DNA from: an uncultured Acidobacteriota bacterium
Lineage (GTDB): Bacteria > Acidobacteriota > Thermoanaerobaculia > Multivoradales > UBA5704
Direction: 5' to 3'
Assembly (NCBI GenBank): GCA_963698025.1
Contig: OY969112.1
Coordinates: 1,684,455-1,748,454 of the forward strand
DNA length: 64,000 nt
The position numbers and the translations under genes are program-made. This document shows positions 51,907 through 63,215 of this stretch, piece by piece (position 1 is the stretch's first letter; each line of letters opens with the position of its first letter). A model generated the notes under the pieces. That model was not told where the DNA came from. It worked only from the letters and a program-made list of their open reading frames with translations, and did no database searches.

Positions 51907-52656
51907 GTGGACCCTGAGCCCATCCTCGAGGCGGTCGGCGTCGCCAAGACCTACGGCGACGGCGGCAACCAGACCATCGCGCTCGCCGGCGTGACGCTGG
52001 CCGTCCGGCCTGGGGAGACGGTGGCGCTGGTCGGCGAGAGCGGCTCGGGGAAGACGACGCTGCTGCGGACGTTCAACCGGATGATCGAGCCCTCGGCCGG
52101 CACGGTGCGGGTGGCGGGGACGCCGGTGGCGGAGCTCGATCCGATCGCCCTGCGCCGGCGCACCGGCTACGTGCCGCAGGACGGTGGGCTGATCCCCCAC
52201 TGGCGGATCGAGCGCAACGTCGAGCTCGTCCCCCGTCTCCTCGGCTGGGACCGCGACCGTCGCCGGGAGAGGACGCGCGAGATGCTGGAGCTGGTCGGCC
52301 TCTCCGCGGCCCAGGGCAACCGTTACCCCGCCGAGCTCTCAGGCGGCCAGCGCCAGCGCGTGGCCTTCGCCCGCGCCCTCGCCGCCGATCCGCCGCTGAT
52401 CCTGCTCGACGAGCCCTTCGGCGCCCTCGACGCCCTGACCCGCCTCGAGCTCCACCGCCAGTTCCTCGAGCTCAAGAGCCGCCTCGGCAAGACCGCCGTG
52501 CTGGTGACCCACGACCTCGGCGAGGCCTTCCGCCTGGCCGACCGGATCGGCGTCATGCGCGGCGGCAAGCTCCTCCAGCTCGGCCTTCCCAAGGAGCTGG
52601 CGGAGCACCCGGCGGACCCGTATGTGTCGGCTCTGCTGGAGATGCGGCGTGGGTAG
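51907..52656 (+). CDS. Osmoprotectant ABC transporter ATP-binding subunit
   Basis: [26 protein letters not shown]. Confidence 0.93.
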   Translation: MDPEPILEAVGVAKTYGDGGNQTIALAGVTLAVRPGETVALVGESGSGKTTLLRTFNRMIEPSAGTVRVAGTPVAELDPIALRRRTGYVPQDGGLIPHWRIERNVELVPRLLGWDRDRRRERTREMLELVGLSAAQGNRYPAELSGGQRQRVAFARALAADPPLILLDEPFGALDALTRLELHRQFLELKSRLGKTAVLVTHDLGEAFRLADRIGVMRGGKLLQLGLPKELAEHPADPYVSALLEMRRG

Positions 52657-52657
52657 G

Positions 52658-52817
52658 CCCTCACTCCCCCAACCCCCTCTCTCCCAGCCCTCCGCCCACC
52701 CTGCCGGGGAGAGAGGGGGCTCAAACAGGCTGTTCCCAGGCCTTTCGACTGACTTCTCCCTCTTCTCCCCGGCAGGGTGGGCGGAGGGCTGGGAGAAGAG
52801 GGCCGGGGTGATGAGGG
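52658..52817. repeat. CCCTC/GAGGG palindromic repeat, copy 3
   Basis: CCCAGCCCTCCGCCCACCCTGCCGGGG and its inverse; ends GGGGTGATGAGGG. Confidence 0.8.
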
Positions 52818-54388
52818 CCTCCGACGGCACTCCGCGATTCCGATGGATCTGGATTCTGGGAGCGGCGATCCTTCTCCTCGCCACCCCCCTCCACGCCGCC
52901 GACCGCATCGTCGTCGGCTCCAAGAACTTCGAGGAGAGCCGCCTGCTCGCCGAGATGTTCGCCCAACTCCTCGAAAACCGTACCCATCTGCAGGTGGAGC
53001 GCCGGCTGGGCCTCGCGGGCACGCAGGTCTGTTTCGAGGCGCTGAAGTCCGGCGCCATCGACGTCTACCCCGAGTACACCGGCACGGGGCTGGTCTCCAT
53101 CCTGGGAGAGCCGGCGAAGGGGGGCCCGGAGCAGACCCTGAACCGGGTGCGCTCCGAGTTCCTCCGCCGCTGGAACGTCTGGTGGCTCGCCCCCTTAGGG
53201 TTCGAAAACTCCTGGGAGATCGCCGTCCCCAAGGAGCTGGCCGATCGCGAGCACCTGGAGACGATCTCCGATCTCGCCCGGGTCGCGAAGCGGCTGCACG
53301 GTGGCTTCGGCCACGAGTTCGTGGGCCGCGACGACGGCCTGCTGGGCCTCCAGAAGACCTACGGCCTGGAGTTCGGCTCCGTGGCCCACCTCCAGCAGGC
53401 GATCCAGTACCAGGCGGCCAAACAGCGGACGATCGATGCCCTGGACGTCTACTCGACCGACGGCCGGCTGATCCTCTACAACCTGAAGGTCCTCCGGGAC
53501 GACAGAAACTTCTTCCCCCCCTACGAAGCGGCGGCCCTGGTGCGGGGGGAGACCCTGAAGAAGCACCCCGAGGTCGGCGCCGTCCTCGGCCTGCTCGCCG
53601 GCTCGCTGAGCGAGGACGCCATGCGCGGCTACAACCTGCGCCTCCAGGAGAAGCACGAGAGCGAGGTGGTGGTGGCCCGGGACGCCCTCGGCTCGATCGG
53701 CCTGGTCGTCAAAAAAGGGAACGCGCCGGAACGCGCCTCGCGGAAGCCCGGCGTCCTCGCCTATCTCTGGGGGGCGCGCCGGGACCTTGGCCGGCTGACC
53801 CTCCAGCATCTGGGCCTCTCGGGGGCGGCCCTGCTGCTGGGCGCCCTGGTCGCCATCCCGCTGGGGCTCTGGCTGGAGCGCCACCGGCGCTGGGCGGAGA
53901 CGGTGATCCGCCTCCTGGGCCTCCTTCAGACCGTCCCCTCGCTCGCCCTGCTGGCCTTCATGATCCCGCTGCTGGGCGTGGGGGCCGTCCCCGCCATCGT
54001 GGCGCTCTGGATCTACTCGCTCTTCCCCATTGTCAGGAACACCTATACCGGGGTGCGGGACGCCGATCCCAAGGCCGTCGAGGCGGCGACCGCGCTGGGC
54101 ATGACCCCGGGCCAGATCCTCCGCGAGGTCCGCCTCCCCCTCGCCGCCCCCGTCGTGATGGCCGGCCTGCGCACCGCCGCCGTGATCACCGTCGGTACCG
54201 CGACCCTGGCCGCCTTCATCGGCGCCGGCGGCCTCGGCGAGCCGATCGTCACCGGCCTGCAGCTCGCCGACAGCGCCATGATCCTCTCCGGGGCGATCCC
54301 CGCGGCGTTGCTGGCGTTGGGGGTGGATGCCGCGCTGGGGGTGGTCGAGAAGTCGCTCCGGCCGGCGGGGCTGGAACAGCGTACATGA
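52811..54388 (+). CDS. Glycine betaine/choline ABC transporter, substrate-binding plus permease fusion
   Basis: 'VGSKNF.E..LL', 'YPEYTGT', 'QT.PSLALL', 'EAA.ALGM', 'IGAGGLG'. Confidence 0.93.
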   Translation: MRASDGTPRFRWIWILGAAILLLATPLHAADRIVVGSKNFEESRLLAEMFAQLLENRTHLQVERRLGLAGTQVCFEALKSGAIDVYPEYTGTGLVSILGEPAKGGPEQTLNRVRSEFLRRWNVWWLAPLGFENSWEIAVPKELADREHLETISDLARVAKRLHGGFGHEFVGRDDGLLGLQKTYGLEFGSVAHLQQAIQYQAAKQRTIDALDVYSTDGRLILYNLKVLRDDRNFFPPYEAAALVRGETLKKHPEVGAVLGLLAGSLSEDAMRGYNLRLQEKHESEVVVARDALGSIGLVVKKGNAPERASRKPGVLAYLWGARRDLGRLTLQHLGLSGAALLLGALVAIPLGLWLERHRRWAETVIRLLGLLQTVPSLALLAFMIPLLGVGAVPAIVALWIYSLFPIVRNTYTGVRDADPKAVEAATALGMTPGQILREVRLPLAAPVVMAGLRTAAVITVGTATLAAFIGAGGLGEPIVTGLQLADSAMILSGAIPAALLALGVDAALGVVEKSLRPAGLEQRT

Positions 54389-54413
54389 CGAGCGTACATG
54401 ATACAATTTGACG

Positions 54414-54674
54414 ATGCCTGTTCCTTCCAAAGTCTCCGTCATCACAGAAAGAGGCCAAGTCTCCATCCCGGCCCAACTCCGCAAGGAGCTGTCCCTCGCC
54501 AAGGGTCAGCGGCTTCTCTGGGAGAAAACCGGAGAGCATGAAATTCGCGTGACGGTGCTCTCGGAGCCCGAGCCTCGCGGGGCCATGGCGATGCTGGGCT
54601 TCGCTAAACGTTTTCGACCAACGCGTCGGACTGAAGACTGGATGGCCGAATTGCGGGAGGGCGAGGAAACCTGA
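54414..54674 (+). CDS. AbrB/MazE-family antitoxin
   Basis: 'ITERGQVSIP..LR..L.L..G'. Confidence 0.88.
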   Translation: MPVPSKVSVITERGQVSIPAQLRKELSLAKGQRLLWEKTGEHEIRVTVLSEPEPRGAMAMLGFAKRFRPTRRTEDWMAELREGEET

Positions 54675-55099
54675 TGCCCTGGGTCGTCGACACGTGCATT
54701 CTCCTCGACGTCCTGGAGGACCACCCGGAGTTCGGGCCAGCCTCGGCGTTGACTCTCGACAGCTTAGCCGAGGACGGACTGACGATCTGTCCGGTTACTT
54801 ATGCGGAGATGGCTCCCGCCTTTGAAGGCAACTCATCTCTTCAGGACGAGTTTTTGATCGGGGTCGGAGTGGACTTCCGCCAAGGCTGGCTCTGGGAAGA
54901 TACCCTTCGGTCGCACGAGGCTTGGAATGATTTCGTTCGACGCAGGCGATCTCGACTGGTCCCCAAGAGACCTCTGGCCGATGTATTGATCGGAGCTTTT
55001 GCTTCCCGTTATCAGGGACTGATCACGCGAAACCAGAGCGATTTCGCACTGATTTTTCCAGAGCTGCCGATCCGGTCTCCTCTCCGCGCAAGCCAGTAG
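54674..55099 (+). CDS. VapC PIN-domain toxin
   Basis: 'VVDT.ILLD', 'YAE', 'AD.LIGA.A', 'LITRN..DF'; TGATG coupling. Confidence 0.9.
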   Translation: MPWVVDTCILLDVLEDHPEFGPASALTLDSLAEDGLTICPVTYAEMAPAFEGNSSLQDEFLIGVGVDFRQGWLWEDTLRSHEAWNDFVRRRRSRLVPKRPLADVLIGAFASRYQGLITRNQSDFALIFPELPIRSPLRASQ

Positions 55100-55102
55100 G
55101 GC

Positions 55103-55762
55103 TCAACCTCCAAACGTCTCCCGCCACCCTCGGCTCCCCCGCAGCAGCTCCAGCGCCCGGTCGAGCAGCTCCTGGTTCTCCGGCTTCACCAGCCAGGTGC
55201 TCCGGCCCGAGGGGTGGGGCAATGGGATGACATCGAACTCCAGATCCCCCCGCGAGCCCGGGAACGCCCTCCCCACCCGGTCCTGGAGTGGTGCGGTTTC
55301 CGGAAGGAAGATCTTGATCGCGAGCTGGCCGACCGCGATCACCGTCGCCGGACGGATCAGCCGCAGCTCCTCTTCCAGGTAGGGCGCGCAGTTGGCGATC
55401 TCCAGGGGATTGGGGACCCGGTCGCCACCCTGGGGCGCGCGGCCGGGGAAGCAGCGGATCACCGCGGCCATCCAGACCCGCCGCCGGAACTCCTCCTCGG
55501 GGACCCCCAGACGGTTGAACCAGGCGAACAGGCGCGACCCCGCCGTGTAGGCGAACGGCCGCTGCAACACCACCTCCTTCGGCCCCGGAGCCTGCCCCAC
55601 CAGCATCACGCGCGGCCAGGATTCGGGGCGGGCGGCCACCGGCGGCGGCTCGACGGTCGGGCAGATCCGGCACCCCCGCACCTGGACGAGATGGCGGTCG
55701 AGGGCCTCCCAGCCGGCCTGCACGACGGGCAGGAGAGCTTTCTTCGGTTTCAGATCCGCCAC
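55103..55762 (-). CDS. Uracil-DNA glycosylase family protein (4Fe-4S type)
   Basis: CRIC, 'LVGQAPG', 'RCFPG...GDR.P...EI..C', 'LPHPSG'. Confidence 0.88.
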   Translation of the reverse strand: MADLKPKKALLPVVQAGWEALDRHLVQVRGCRICPTVEPPPVAARPESWPRVMLVGQAPGPKEVVLQRPFAYTAGSRLFAWFNRLGVPEEEFRRRVWMAAVIRCFPGRAPQGGDRVPNPLEIANCAPYLEEELRLIRPATVIAVGQLAIKIFLPETAPLQDRVGRAFPGSRGDLEFDVIPLPHPSGRSTWLVKPENQELLDRALELLRGSRGWRETFGG

Positions 55763-57423
55763 GGGCGCTCGGCGAGACTGTCGAGGAAGGCGTCCACCAC
55801 CCGCGGATCGAACTGCCGCCCCCGCTCCCGGCGAAGCACCGCCGCGGCCTCCACCTGGGGCAGGGCGTTGCGGTACGGCCGGGTCGTGGTCATGGCGTCG
55901 AAGGCGTCCACCACGGAGATGACGCGCGCGCCGAGCGGGATCTGCTCCCCCGAGATCCCCTGCGGATAGCCCGGATGCTGCCCGTCGCGCTCGCCGTCGA
56001 AGCGTTCCTGGTGGTGGAGGACGAGAGGGGCCGCGCCTCGCAGCAGCTCCAGACGCTCCAGCATCCGCGCGCCGATCTCGGGGTGCAGCCGCATGAGCCC
56101 CGTCTCCTGGGCGTCGAGCGGACCCTCCTTGCGCAGCACCGACTCGGGCACGCCGAGCTTGCCGACGTCGTGGAGCAGGCTCGCGTAATGGAGCGTTTCG
56201 AGGTCCCGGCCGCGCAGCCCCAGCCTCTCCCCCACCGCCACCGCGTACTCGCTCACCCGTCGCAGGTGCCCGCCCGTATAGGCGTCCTTGGCCTCGACCG
56301 CCTGGATCAGCGCGTCCGAGAGGCGGACGAGATCGCGCCGCAGCAGCCGGTTCGATTCGATCAGCTCCTCGCGCAACCGCACCTCCCGCTGGCGTGACCA
56401 CCCCACCAGGGCGCCCGCCACCGAGAGGATCAACAGGTCGGCCCGTTCGGTCCAGAGCTCGTGCCCCATCCCCGGTCCGCCGAGACGGGTCACCAGCGCC
56501 GCGAGGCCCAGCAGGTGGCAGATGCCGCTCCCCGAAGCGGCCAGGATGCCGCCGCGCAAGCCGTAATGAAGGGCGGCCCAGAGGATCGGCAGGAGATAGA
56601 CCAGCGGCGTCCACTCGGTGCCGCCGGGCAGAAACCAGATCAGGGTGAATCCCACGGCCGCCGCGGCCAGCACCATCCCGGAGCCCAGCAGGAGATCCCG
56701 CAGGCCCTTCCCCGCATCGCCCGCCGGAGCGGCGAAGACGACGACCGTCTCCTCGCCGCTGCCCGGAATCCTGCCATCCCGCTGCCGGTCCTCCTCCCGG
56801 AGCTCGTCCGGGACCGGCACCATCCAGCGCCGGCCGTAGCGGTCGAACAGGAGCAGGATCGGCGGCGCCAGCAGCGCCACGCTGACCAGGGCGCTGGTCC
56901 CCCAGTTCCAGATCCACATCGCCGGCGAGATCCCCTCCCTGAGGCCGGCCGGGCCGGAGGCGGCCAGCGTGAGGACCGAGCCGGCCAGCCCTCCGGCGAA
57001 GGCGGCGGCCAGGATCCAGAGGAACGAGCGGAGATTCGGCAGGCCGCGCCCGAGCTTGGGGACGTAGTGGAAGATCGCCCATCCGGCCGCGCCGACGAGG
57101 GCGAAGGAGAGCGCGAAGACCAGGGGACCCGCGAAGCTGCCGCGGGTAATCCAGAGCGCCGCGAGCTGGCCGGCGACGGTGCCGGCGATGCCCATCCACC
57201 CGAACAGGAGGCCGGCGGTGAGCGAGATGGCGGGGGTGAAGGGGAAGACGAGGCCGCCGCTCCAATGGCGGATCAGTACCCCGCAGAGCCCCGCGGCCAG
57301 CGACAGGGCGAGACGGAAGCCATTCCCCCGCCGGAGCCATTCCACGAACTGGCTCGAGCGGTGGTAGGCGAAAGCCGCTCCAGGGGATGGGGCGGCTCGC
57401 GGTTCGGGGTTCACGACGCTCAT
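55750..57423 (-). CDS. Membrane-anchored HD-GYP phosphodiesterase (MASE1-like sensor)
   Basis: Multiple TMs; 'EAKD.YT.GH..RV', HDVGK, HH.ER.DG...GYP, 'D.FDAM...RPY'. Confidence 0.92.
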   Translation of the reverse strand: MSVVNPEPRAAPSPGAAFAYHRSSQFVEWLRRGNGFRLALSLAAGLCGVLIRHWSGGLVFPFTPAISLTAGLLFGWMGIAGTVAGQLAALWITRGSFAGPLVFALSFALVGAAGWAIFHYVPKLGRGLPNLRSFLWILAAAFAGGLAGSVLTLAASGPAGLREGISPAMWIWNWGTSALVSVALLAPPILLLFDRYGRRWMVPVPDELREEDRQRDGRIPGSGEETVVVFAAPAGDAGKGLRDLLLGSGMVLAAAAVGFTLIWFLPGGTEWTPLVYLLPILWAALHYGLRGGILAASGSGICHLLGLAALVTRLGGPGMGHELWTERADLLILSVAGALVGWSRQREVRLREELIESNRLLRRDLVRLSDALIQAVEAKDAYTGGHLRRVSEYAVAVGERLGLRGRDLETLHYASLLHDVGKLGVPESVLRKEGPLDAQETGLMRLHPEIGARMLERLELLRGAAPLVLHHQERFDGERDGQHPGYPQGISGEQIPLGARVISVVDAFDAMTTTRPYRNALPQVEAAAVLRRERGRQFDPRVVDAFLDSLAERPWRI

Positions 57424-57466
57424 CCCGGCTGGATGAACCCTCCTCCCTCTCTGCTACGTTCTCTGG

Positions 57467-57763
57467 CTACGGCGACGTCCCCTTGACGGGAGCCCCGATC
57501 ACCAGGTCCTCTCCAGCCTTCTCGACCGCCTCCGGCAGCACCTCCACCGCGGGCTGCCACCAGTTGGCGTTCTCCTCGAACGCGTCCCCCTCGTGGGAAC
57601 ACGGCGCCGCGATGTGATCGCGACCGTATACGGCCCTGCCTCGGTGGAGCTTGCGGTGGAGCGGATAGATGCTCCCGCAGACCAGGCAGAAACGCCCGAT
57701 CGTGCGCCCCTGCCGCTCCTCGGGGATCTGGTTCTGCGGCGCCGCGTGCGGAAATCGATACAT
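57467..57763 (-). CDS. Small hypothetical protein with CxxC and His/Cys (possible Zn binding)
   Basis: GAGG RBS just after the ndk stop; CLVC..H..H..C.H. Confidence 0.65.
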   Translation of the reverse strand: MYRFPHAAPQNQIPEERQGRTIGRFCLVCGSIYPLHRKLHRGRAVYGRDHIAAPCSHEGDAFEENANWWQPAVEVLPEAVEKAGEDLVIGAPVKGTSP

Positions 57764-57775
57764 AGAGCCTCGACC

Positions 57776-58198
57776 TCAGCGGGCGGCTTGCAGCTCGGCC
57801 CGCGAGAAAAAGAAGGAGAGCTCGATGGCGGCGTTCTCCGGCGAATCGCTGCCGTGGATGGCGTTGCGCTCGATCGAGGTACCGAAGAGCTTGCGGACCG
57901 TCCCCTCCTCCGCCTTCGCCACGTCCGTCGCGCCCATCGCCTTGCGCAATTGAGACACCGCGTCCTCACGCTCCAGCGCCACCGGGATCACCGGGCCGCT
58001 CGTCATGAACTCCACCAGGCTGCCGTAGAACGGCCGCTCCTTGTGAACCTCGTAAAAGGCCTGCGCCTGGGCTTCCGTCAACCGCAACATCCTGAGGCCA
58101 CGGATCGTAAAACCTTCTTTCTCCAAATGAGCAAGAACCTTGCCCGCATTGCCGGCCTCGACGGTGTCCGGCTTGAGGATCGCCAACGTCATCTGCAT
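57776..58198 (-). CDS. ndk: Nucleoside diphosphate kinase
   Basis: 'TLAILKPD', 'FY.VH.ERPF', 'NAIHGSDS'. Confidence 0.97.
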   Translation of the reverse strand: MQMTLAILKPDTVEAGNAGKVLAHLEKEGFTIRGLRMLRLTEAQAQAFYEVHKERPFYGSLVEFMTSGPVIPVALEREDAVSQLRKAMGATDVAKAEEGTVRKLFGTSIERNAIHGSDSPENAAIELSFFFSRAELQAAR

Positions 58199-58281
58199 GG
58201 ATGGTACTCCCTCTCGGTTGAATATTCGTCGAGCCGGCGTCGGCCGGCCGTGACAAGTTGATTCGTAGTCCCCCACCCGGG

Positions 58282-58452
58282 CCCTCACCACCCCGGCCCT
58301 CCTCTCCCGATCCCACTCCCCTCCCTCACCGGGAGAGGAGGGAGCAAGGCCGTGGCATTGTAGGGCGCCTCCCGAGCATCGCCAAACTTTCCTTCTCCCC
58401 TCTCCCGGTGAGGGAGGGTGGGAGGGGTCGGGAGAGGGGCCGGGGGTGAGGG
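58282..58452. repeat. CCCTC/GAGGG palindromic repeat, copy 4
   Basis: CCTCCCTCACCGGGAGA / TCTCCCGGTGAGGGAGG arms, as in copy 2. Confidence 0.8.
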
Positions 58453-58464
58453 TCCGGGCGGGGT

Positions 58465-59136
58465 TCAGAGAACCTCGATGTCCCCCTCCGCTCCCTCGAT
58501 CCGGAACACCGTCCCCACCACGTCCACCGCGTCCTCCGGCCCCATCAGCACCGCTGAGCCGGCGGGGATGCCGAGACCGTACTCCACTCCGGCGCCCACC
58601 AGCATCTTGCGCAGCCGGCGGTCGTGGGCGGGGTCGAAGTTCGGCTCCACCACCCCGTCCGGCAGCCAGCCGAAGCCGGGGATCAGGTCCCCCTTGAAGA
58701 TGCTGCGGGCGAGCTTGCCGGCGCACTGGGCGGCGGCGGCGATCGTCACCACCACTCCACCCTCCGCGATCTTCCGCGCCAGCGCCTCGGCGGCCGGCGT
58801 ATCGAGGATCGCGTCCAGGAGATGGTCGGCCACCCCGCCGCCGATATAGACCGCCGCGACGTCCCGGATGCGTTCCGAGTTCCGCATCCGCCGGCCGTCC
58901 CGGTCGCGGTAGATGGGGATGATCTCGAGCTCGCGGTCGAACGTCGCCCTCAGATACTCCGCGAAATGGCGCGGATAGTCGTTCGACCCCGAAGCCGCCG
59001 GAATGAACCCCACCGGCCCCGGAGGCGCCTTCTCGATCCAGACCCGGTCCGCGTCCTCCGTCTCCCCGAAGCTGAACTCGCCCCCCCCGAGGAGAGCGAG
59101 CCAGCCGGCGGTTGGGGTTCCGTTGCCTTCGGTCAT
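58465..59136 (-). CDS. Peptidase S51/cyanophycinase-like GATase-fold protein (catalytic Ser appears replaced)
   Basis: 'LLGGGE', 'IPAAS', 'YIGGG'; 'TIAAAA' where G-x-S-A-G-A is expected. Confidence 0.75.
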   Translation of the reverse strand: MTEGNGTPTAGWLALLGGGEFSFGETEDADRVWIEKAPPGPVGFIPAASGSNDYPRHFAEYLRATFDRELEIIPIYRDRDGRRMRNSERIRDVAAVYIGGGVADHLLDAILDTPAAEALARKIAEGGVVVTIAAAAQCAGKLARSIFKGDLIPGFGWLPDGVVEPNFDPAHDRRLRKMLVGAGVEYGLGIPAGSAVLMGPEDAVDVVGTVFRIEGAEGDIEVL

Positions 59137-59146
59137 GTCGTCTCCG

Positions 59147-59218
59147 AAAGGGCGACCGCAGGTCGCCCCTACAACTCCGGCGAGATCTGTTGTAGGGGCG
59201 ACCTGCGGTCGCCCTTTT
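59147..59218. repeat. Inverted pair of GTAG-type REPs
   Basis: GGGCGACCGCAGGTCGCCCCTACAAC ... GTTGTAGGGGCGACCTGCGGTCGCCC. Confidence 0.8.
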
Positions 59219-59231
59219 CCCGGTGAGGGTC

Positions 59232-60103
59232 CTACTTCCCCAACGCCTTCGCCATCGTCTCCCCGAGCTTCGCCGGAGAATCCACCACCAGAATCCCGGC
59301 CGCCCGCATGGCCTCCATCTTCTCCGCCGCCGTGCCCTTGCCGCCGGCGACGATGGCGCCCGCGTGGCCCATGCGGCGTCCGGGGGGGGCGGTGACGCCG
59401 GCGATGAAGCCGACGACCGGCTTCTTGCAGTTCGCCTTCACCCAGGCGGCGCCGTCCTCCTCGGCGTTGCCGCCGATCTCGCCGATCATGATGATCCCCT
59501 CCGTCTGCGGATCGGCCGCGAACTGCTCCAGCACGTCGATGAAGTTCGTGCCGTTGACCGGATCGCCGCCGATGCCGACGCAGGTCGACTGCCCGAGGTC
59601 GAGGTTCGAGAGCTGCCAGACCGCCTCATAGGTCAGCGTGCCCGAGCGGGAGACGACCCCGACCGAGCCCTGCTTGTGGATGTGCCCCGGCATGATGCCG
59701 ATCTTGGCCATCCCCGGCGAGATCACGCCCGGGCAGTTGGGGCCGATCAGGCGGGTGGGGTGCGAGCGCAGGAAATCCTTCACCTTCAGCATGTCGTTGG
59801 CCGGGATCCCCTCGGTGATGCAGACCACCAGCTCGATCTCGGCCGCGGCGGCCTCCATGATGGCGTCGGCGGCGAACGGCGGCGGCACGAAGATCATCGA
59901 CGCGTTGGCGCCGGTGGCCTCGCGGGCCTCGGCGACCGAGTCGTAGACCGGGATCCCCTCGACGCTCTCCCCCCCTTGCCCGGCGTGACACCGGCCATCA
60001 CCTTGGTCCCGTAGTCGCGGCAGCCGAGGGCGTGGAAGGTCCCCTCCTTGCCGGTGATGCCCTGCACGAGCAGGCGCGTGTCGTTGTCGACCCAGACGGC
60101 CAT
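59232..60103 (-). CDS. sucD: Succinyl-CoA synthetase alpha subunit (1-bp frameshift at C7 run 59969-59975)
   Basis: 'VQGITG..G.FH', 'GVTPGKG' in one frame, then 'IFVPP', 'GPNCPG', 'MGHAGA' in another; one extra base restores 290 aa. Confidence 0.92.
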
Positions 60104-60105
60104 GA

Positions 60106-61284
<1,179 letters not shown>

Positions 61285-61492
61285 GACGTTCTCCTCCGAG
61301 AAAGTTCCCTGGGAACTTGGATTCGAGACTTGGGATCGTCCCCGGAAGGGGACAGAAGGCGCCGGCAGGCCGGGCCGGGGGGAGTGTATCAGAGAGGACG
61401 GCGGTTCAAATCTTGGCCTGGATCGCGCCGGGCTGGCTTGTCCGAATACTGTCCACTTGGCTGAATGTAGGGGCGGACGCTACCTTCGGCGC

Positions 61493-61828
61493 TCATGGCT
61501 CGGAATCGGCGCGGAGACGCTTCGCCTCGCGCTTCGCCGCCTTCTTCTCCTCCTGCTTTTTGGCGATCTCCTCGATAGACAGCACGACATCCGGGCGCTC
61601 CTTGCCGAACCGCTTGAAGTACAGATCCTCGATGAAGATGGGCAGGGGCGCCTTCCAGGGTTGCTGGCGGTGGTTGTCGATCTTCCCCAGCTTCGCCGGG
61701 TTCATTCCCAGCTCCCGCGCCATCTGCACGTGGGCATGGGACAGGTGATGCCGCTTCCGCGCGTCGATCCAGAGCTGGAGACTCGGGGGAATTCTTCCAT
61801 GGGATGATTTCTTGGGCGGGCCTGACAT
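61493..61828 (-). CDS. Small basic hypothetical protein
   Basis: 'WIDARKR.HLS.AH.QMARELGMNP.KLG...NH.Q.PWK.PL..FIE.LY.KRF' looks like a conserved family. Confidence 0.72.
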   Translation of the reverse strand: MSGPPKKSSHGRIPPSLQLWIDARKRHHLSHAHVQMARELGMNPAKLGKIDNHRQQPWKAPLPIFIEDLYFKRFGKERPDVVLSIEEIAKKQEEKKAAKREAKRLRADSEP

Positions 61829-61952
61829 GTCTGGAGAAGAATCGTACCGCAGATCGGGAACGGTACGCTATACTTGCCGGGTTGGACTCTCGCAACGAAT
61901 TGAAGGGAGCTTCGTCGGACGATGGGGCGACCTGCCGTGGTAGCATTTTTCT

Positions 61953-62543
61953 ATGAGCCAGAGCACTTTAGGCCAGCCGCACGCCACACCTGAGCTTTCG
62001 CTCGACGAGTGGTTCAGCCTGCCCGAGGACCAGCCTGGCGAGCTCGTGGAAGGACGTCTCGAGGAGGAGGAGGTGCCCGATTATCTTCACGAGCTTCTGG
62101 TCTCCCTTCTGATACAGATCCTCGGCCCCTGGATCACCCCGCGCGGTGGCTTGGTGGCCGGCTCTGAGGCCAAGTTCGCGGTCGGCTCCGGACGCGGCCG
62201 GAAACCCGATCTCACGGCCTACCTGCCGGGTAGCCGCCGCCCCCCGGCCCGCGGCCTGATCCGCGTCCCGCCCGACATCGCCATCGAGATCGTCTCGCCG
62301 ACACCCCGCGACGGCCGGCGCGACCGGGTGGAAAAGATGGCGGACTACGCGGCTTTCGGCGTGGCATGGTACTGGCTGCTCGACCCGCAGTTGCGCAGCC
62401 TGGAAGTCCTGCAGCTCGACCCCCAGGGCCGTTATCTCCATGTCCTGGGAGCCAGCACGGGCACGCTGGAGAAGATCCCCGGCTGCGAGGGGCTGACCCT
62501 CGATCTCGACGCGCTCTGGGCAGCGATCGACTCTCTTGAATAA
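61953..62543 (+). CDS. Uma2-family (DUF820) PD-(D/E)XK endonuclease
   Basis: 'ELVEG', 'KPD', 'PD.AIEIVSP', 'K...Y..FGV..YWL.DP'. Confidence 0.93.
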   Translation: MSQSTLGQPHATPELSLDEWFSLPEDQPGELVEGRLEEEEVPDYLHELLVSLLIQILGPWITPRGGLVAGSEAKFAVGSGRGRKPDLTAYLPGSRRPPARGLIRVPPDIAIEIVSPTPRDGRRDRVEKMADYAAFGVAWYWLLDPQLRSLEVLQLDPQGRYLHVLGASTGTLEKIPGCEGLTLDLDALWAAIDSLE

Positions 62544-62631
62544 CGGATCGCGGGCTGGAGAGTCTATGGAAGCCTGGGCGTCTCGATAGCCGCTCAGTGG
62601 CACTGTTGTTTTCAGACAAGTTAGGATGCCG

Positions 62632-63071
62632 GAGACGTACAGCTCCTGGGCGATGTCGGCGGCCTCCTCGATGAGGACCTTGCGGACGAGCTGCCCTTCG
62701 GGGCCGGTCTGGTGGGTGACGAGCTGCATGCCGAGGATCTTGCCGGCGTATTCGCGGGCCTCCTCGGGGGACTTGGCGAGCTTGACGCCTCCCCCCTTGC
62801 CGCGTCCGCCGGCGTGGATCTGGGCCTTGACGACACACCGGCCGCCGAACTCCTCACAGATCTTTGCCGCCCTCCTCGGCGCTCTCCGTCACCCTGCCCT
62901 TGGGGGTCGCGACCCCATACCGGCGCAGGATCTCCTTGGCCTGATACTCGTGGATCTTCAAGACGTTCTCCTCCGAGAAAGTTCCCTGGGAACTTGGATT
63001 CGAGACTTGGGGTTGTCCTCAGAAAAGGACAGAAGGCGCCGGCAGGCCGGGCCGGGGGGAGTGTATCAGAG
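62632..63071 (-). pseudogene. sucC: Truncated second copy of the sucC 5' end (about 110 codons) with leader and -10 box
   Basis: Aligns to 60956-61394; EYAGKIL versus QYASQIL; 1-bp insertion near 62870; breaks after ELYVS. Confidence 0.9.
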
Positions 63072-63215
63072 GAGGCGAAAGGAAGAGGAATCACCTCTCG
63101 GCGGCGCCAGCCACACACCTCGTCCGAACCGGCGCCCGCAGAGGCCCCTGCGTGTGCGGCACGGCCGCTAAACAAGCGTATCGAACCGGGGTCTTCGTCG
63201 AGGGAGGACAGACCC

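Noticed and set aside
50167-52656. 829-aa ABC ATPase as given in the ORF track
   Set aside because: Only 51907-52656 is coding; the upstream part is antisense to the OsmC fusion. Similar over-extensions were trimmed for sdhB, UDG, ndk and MOSC
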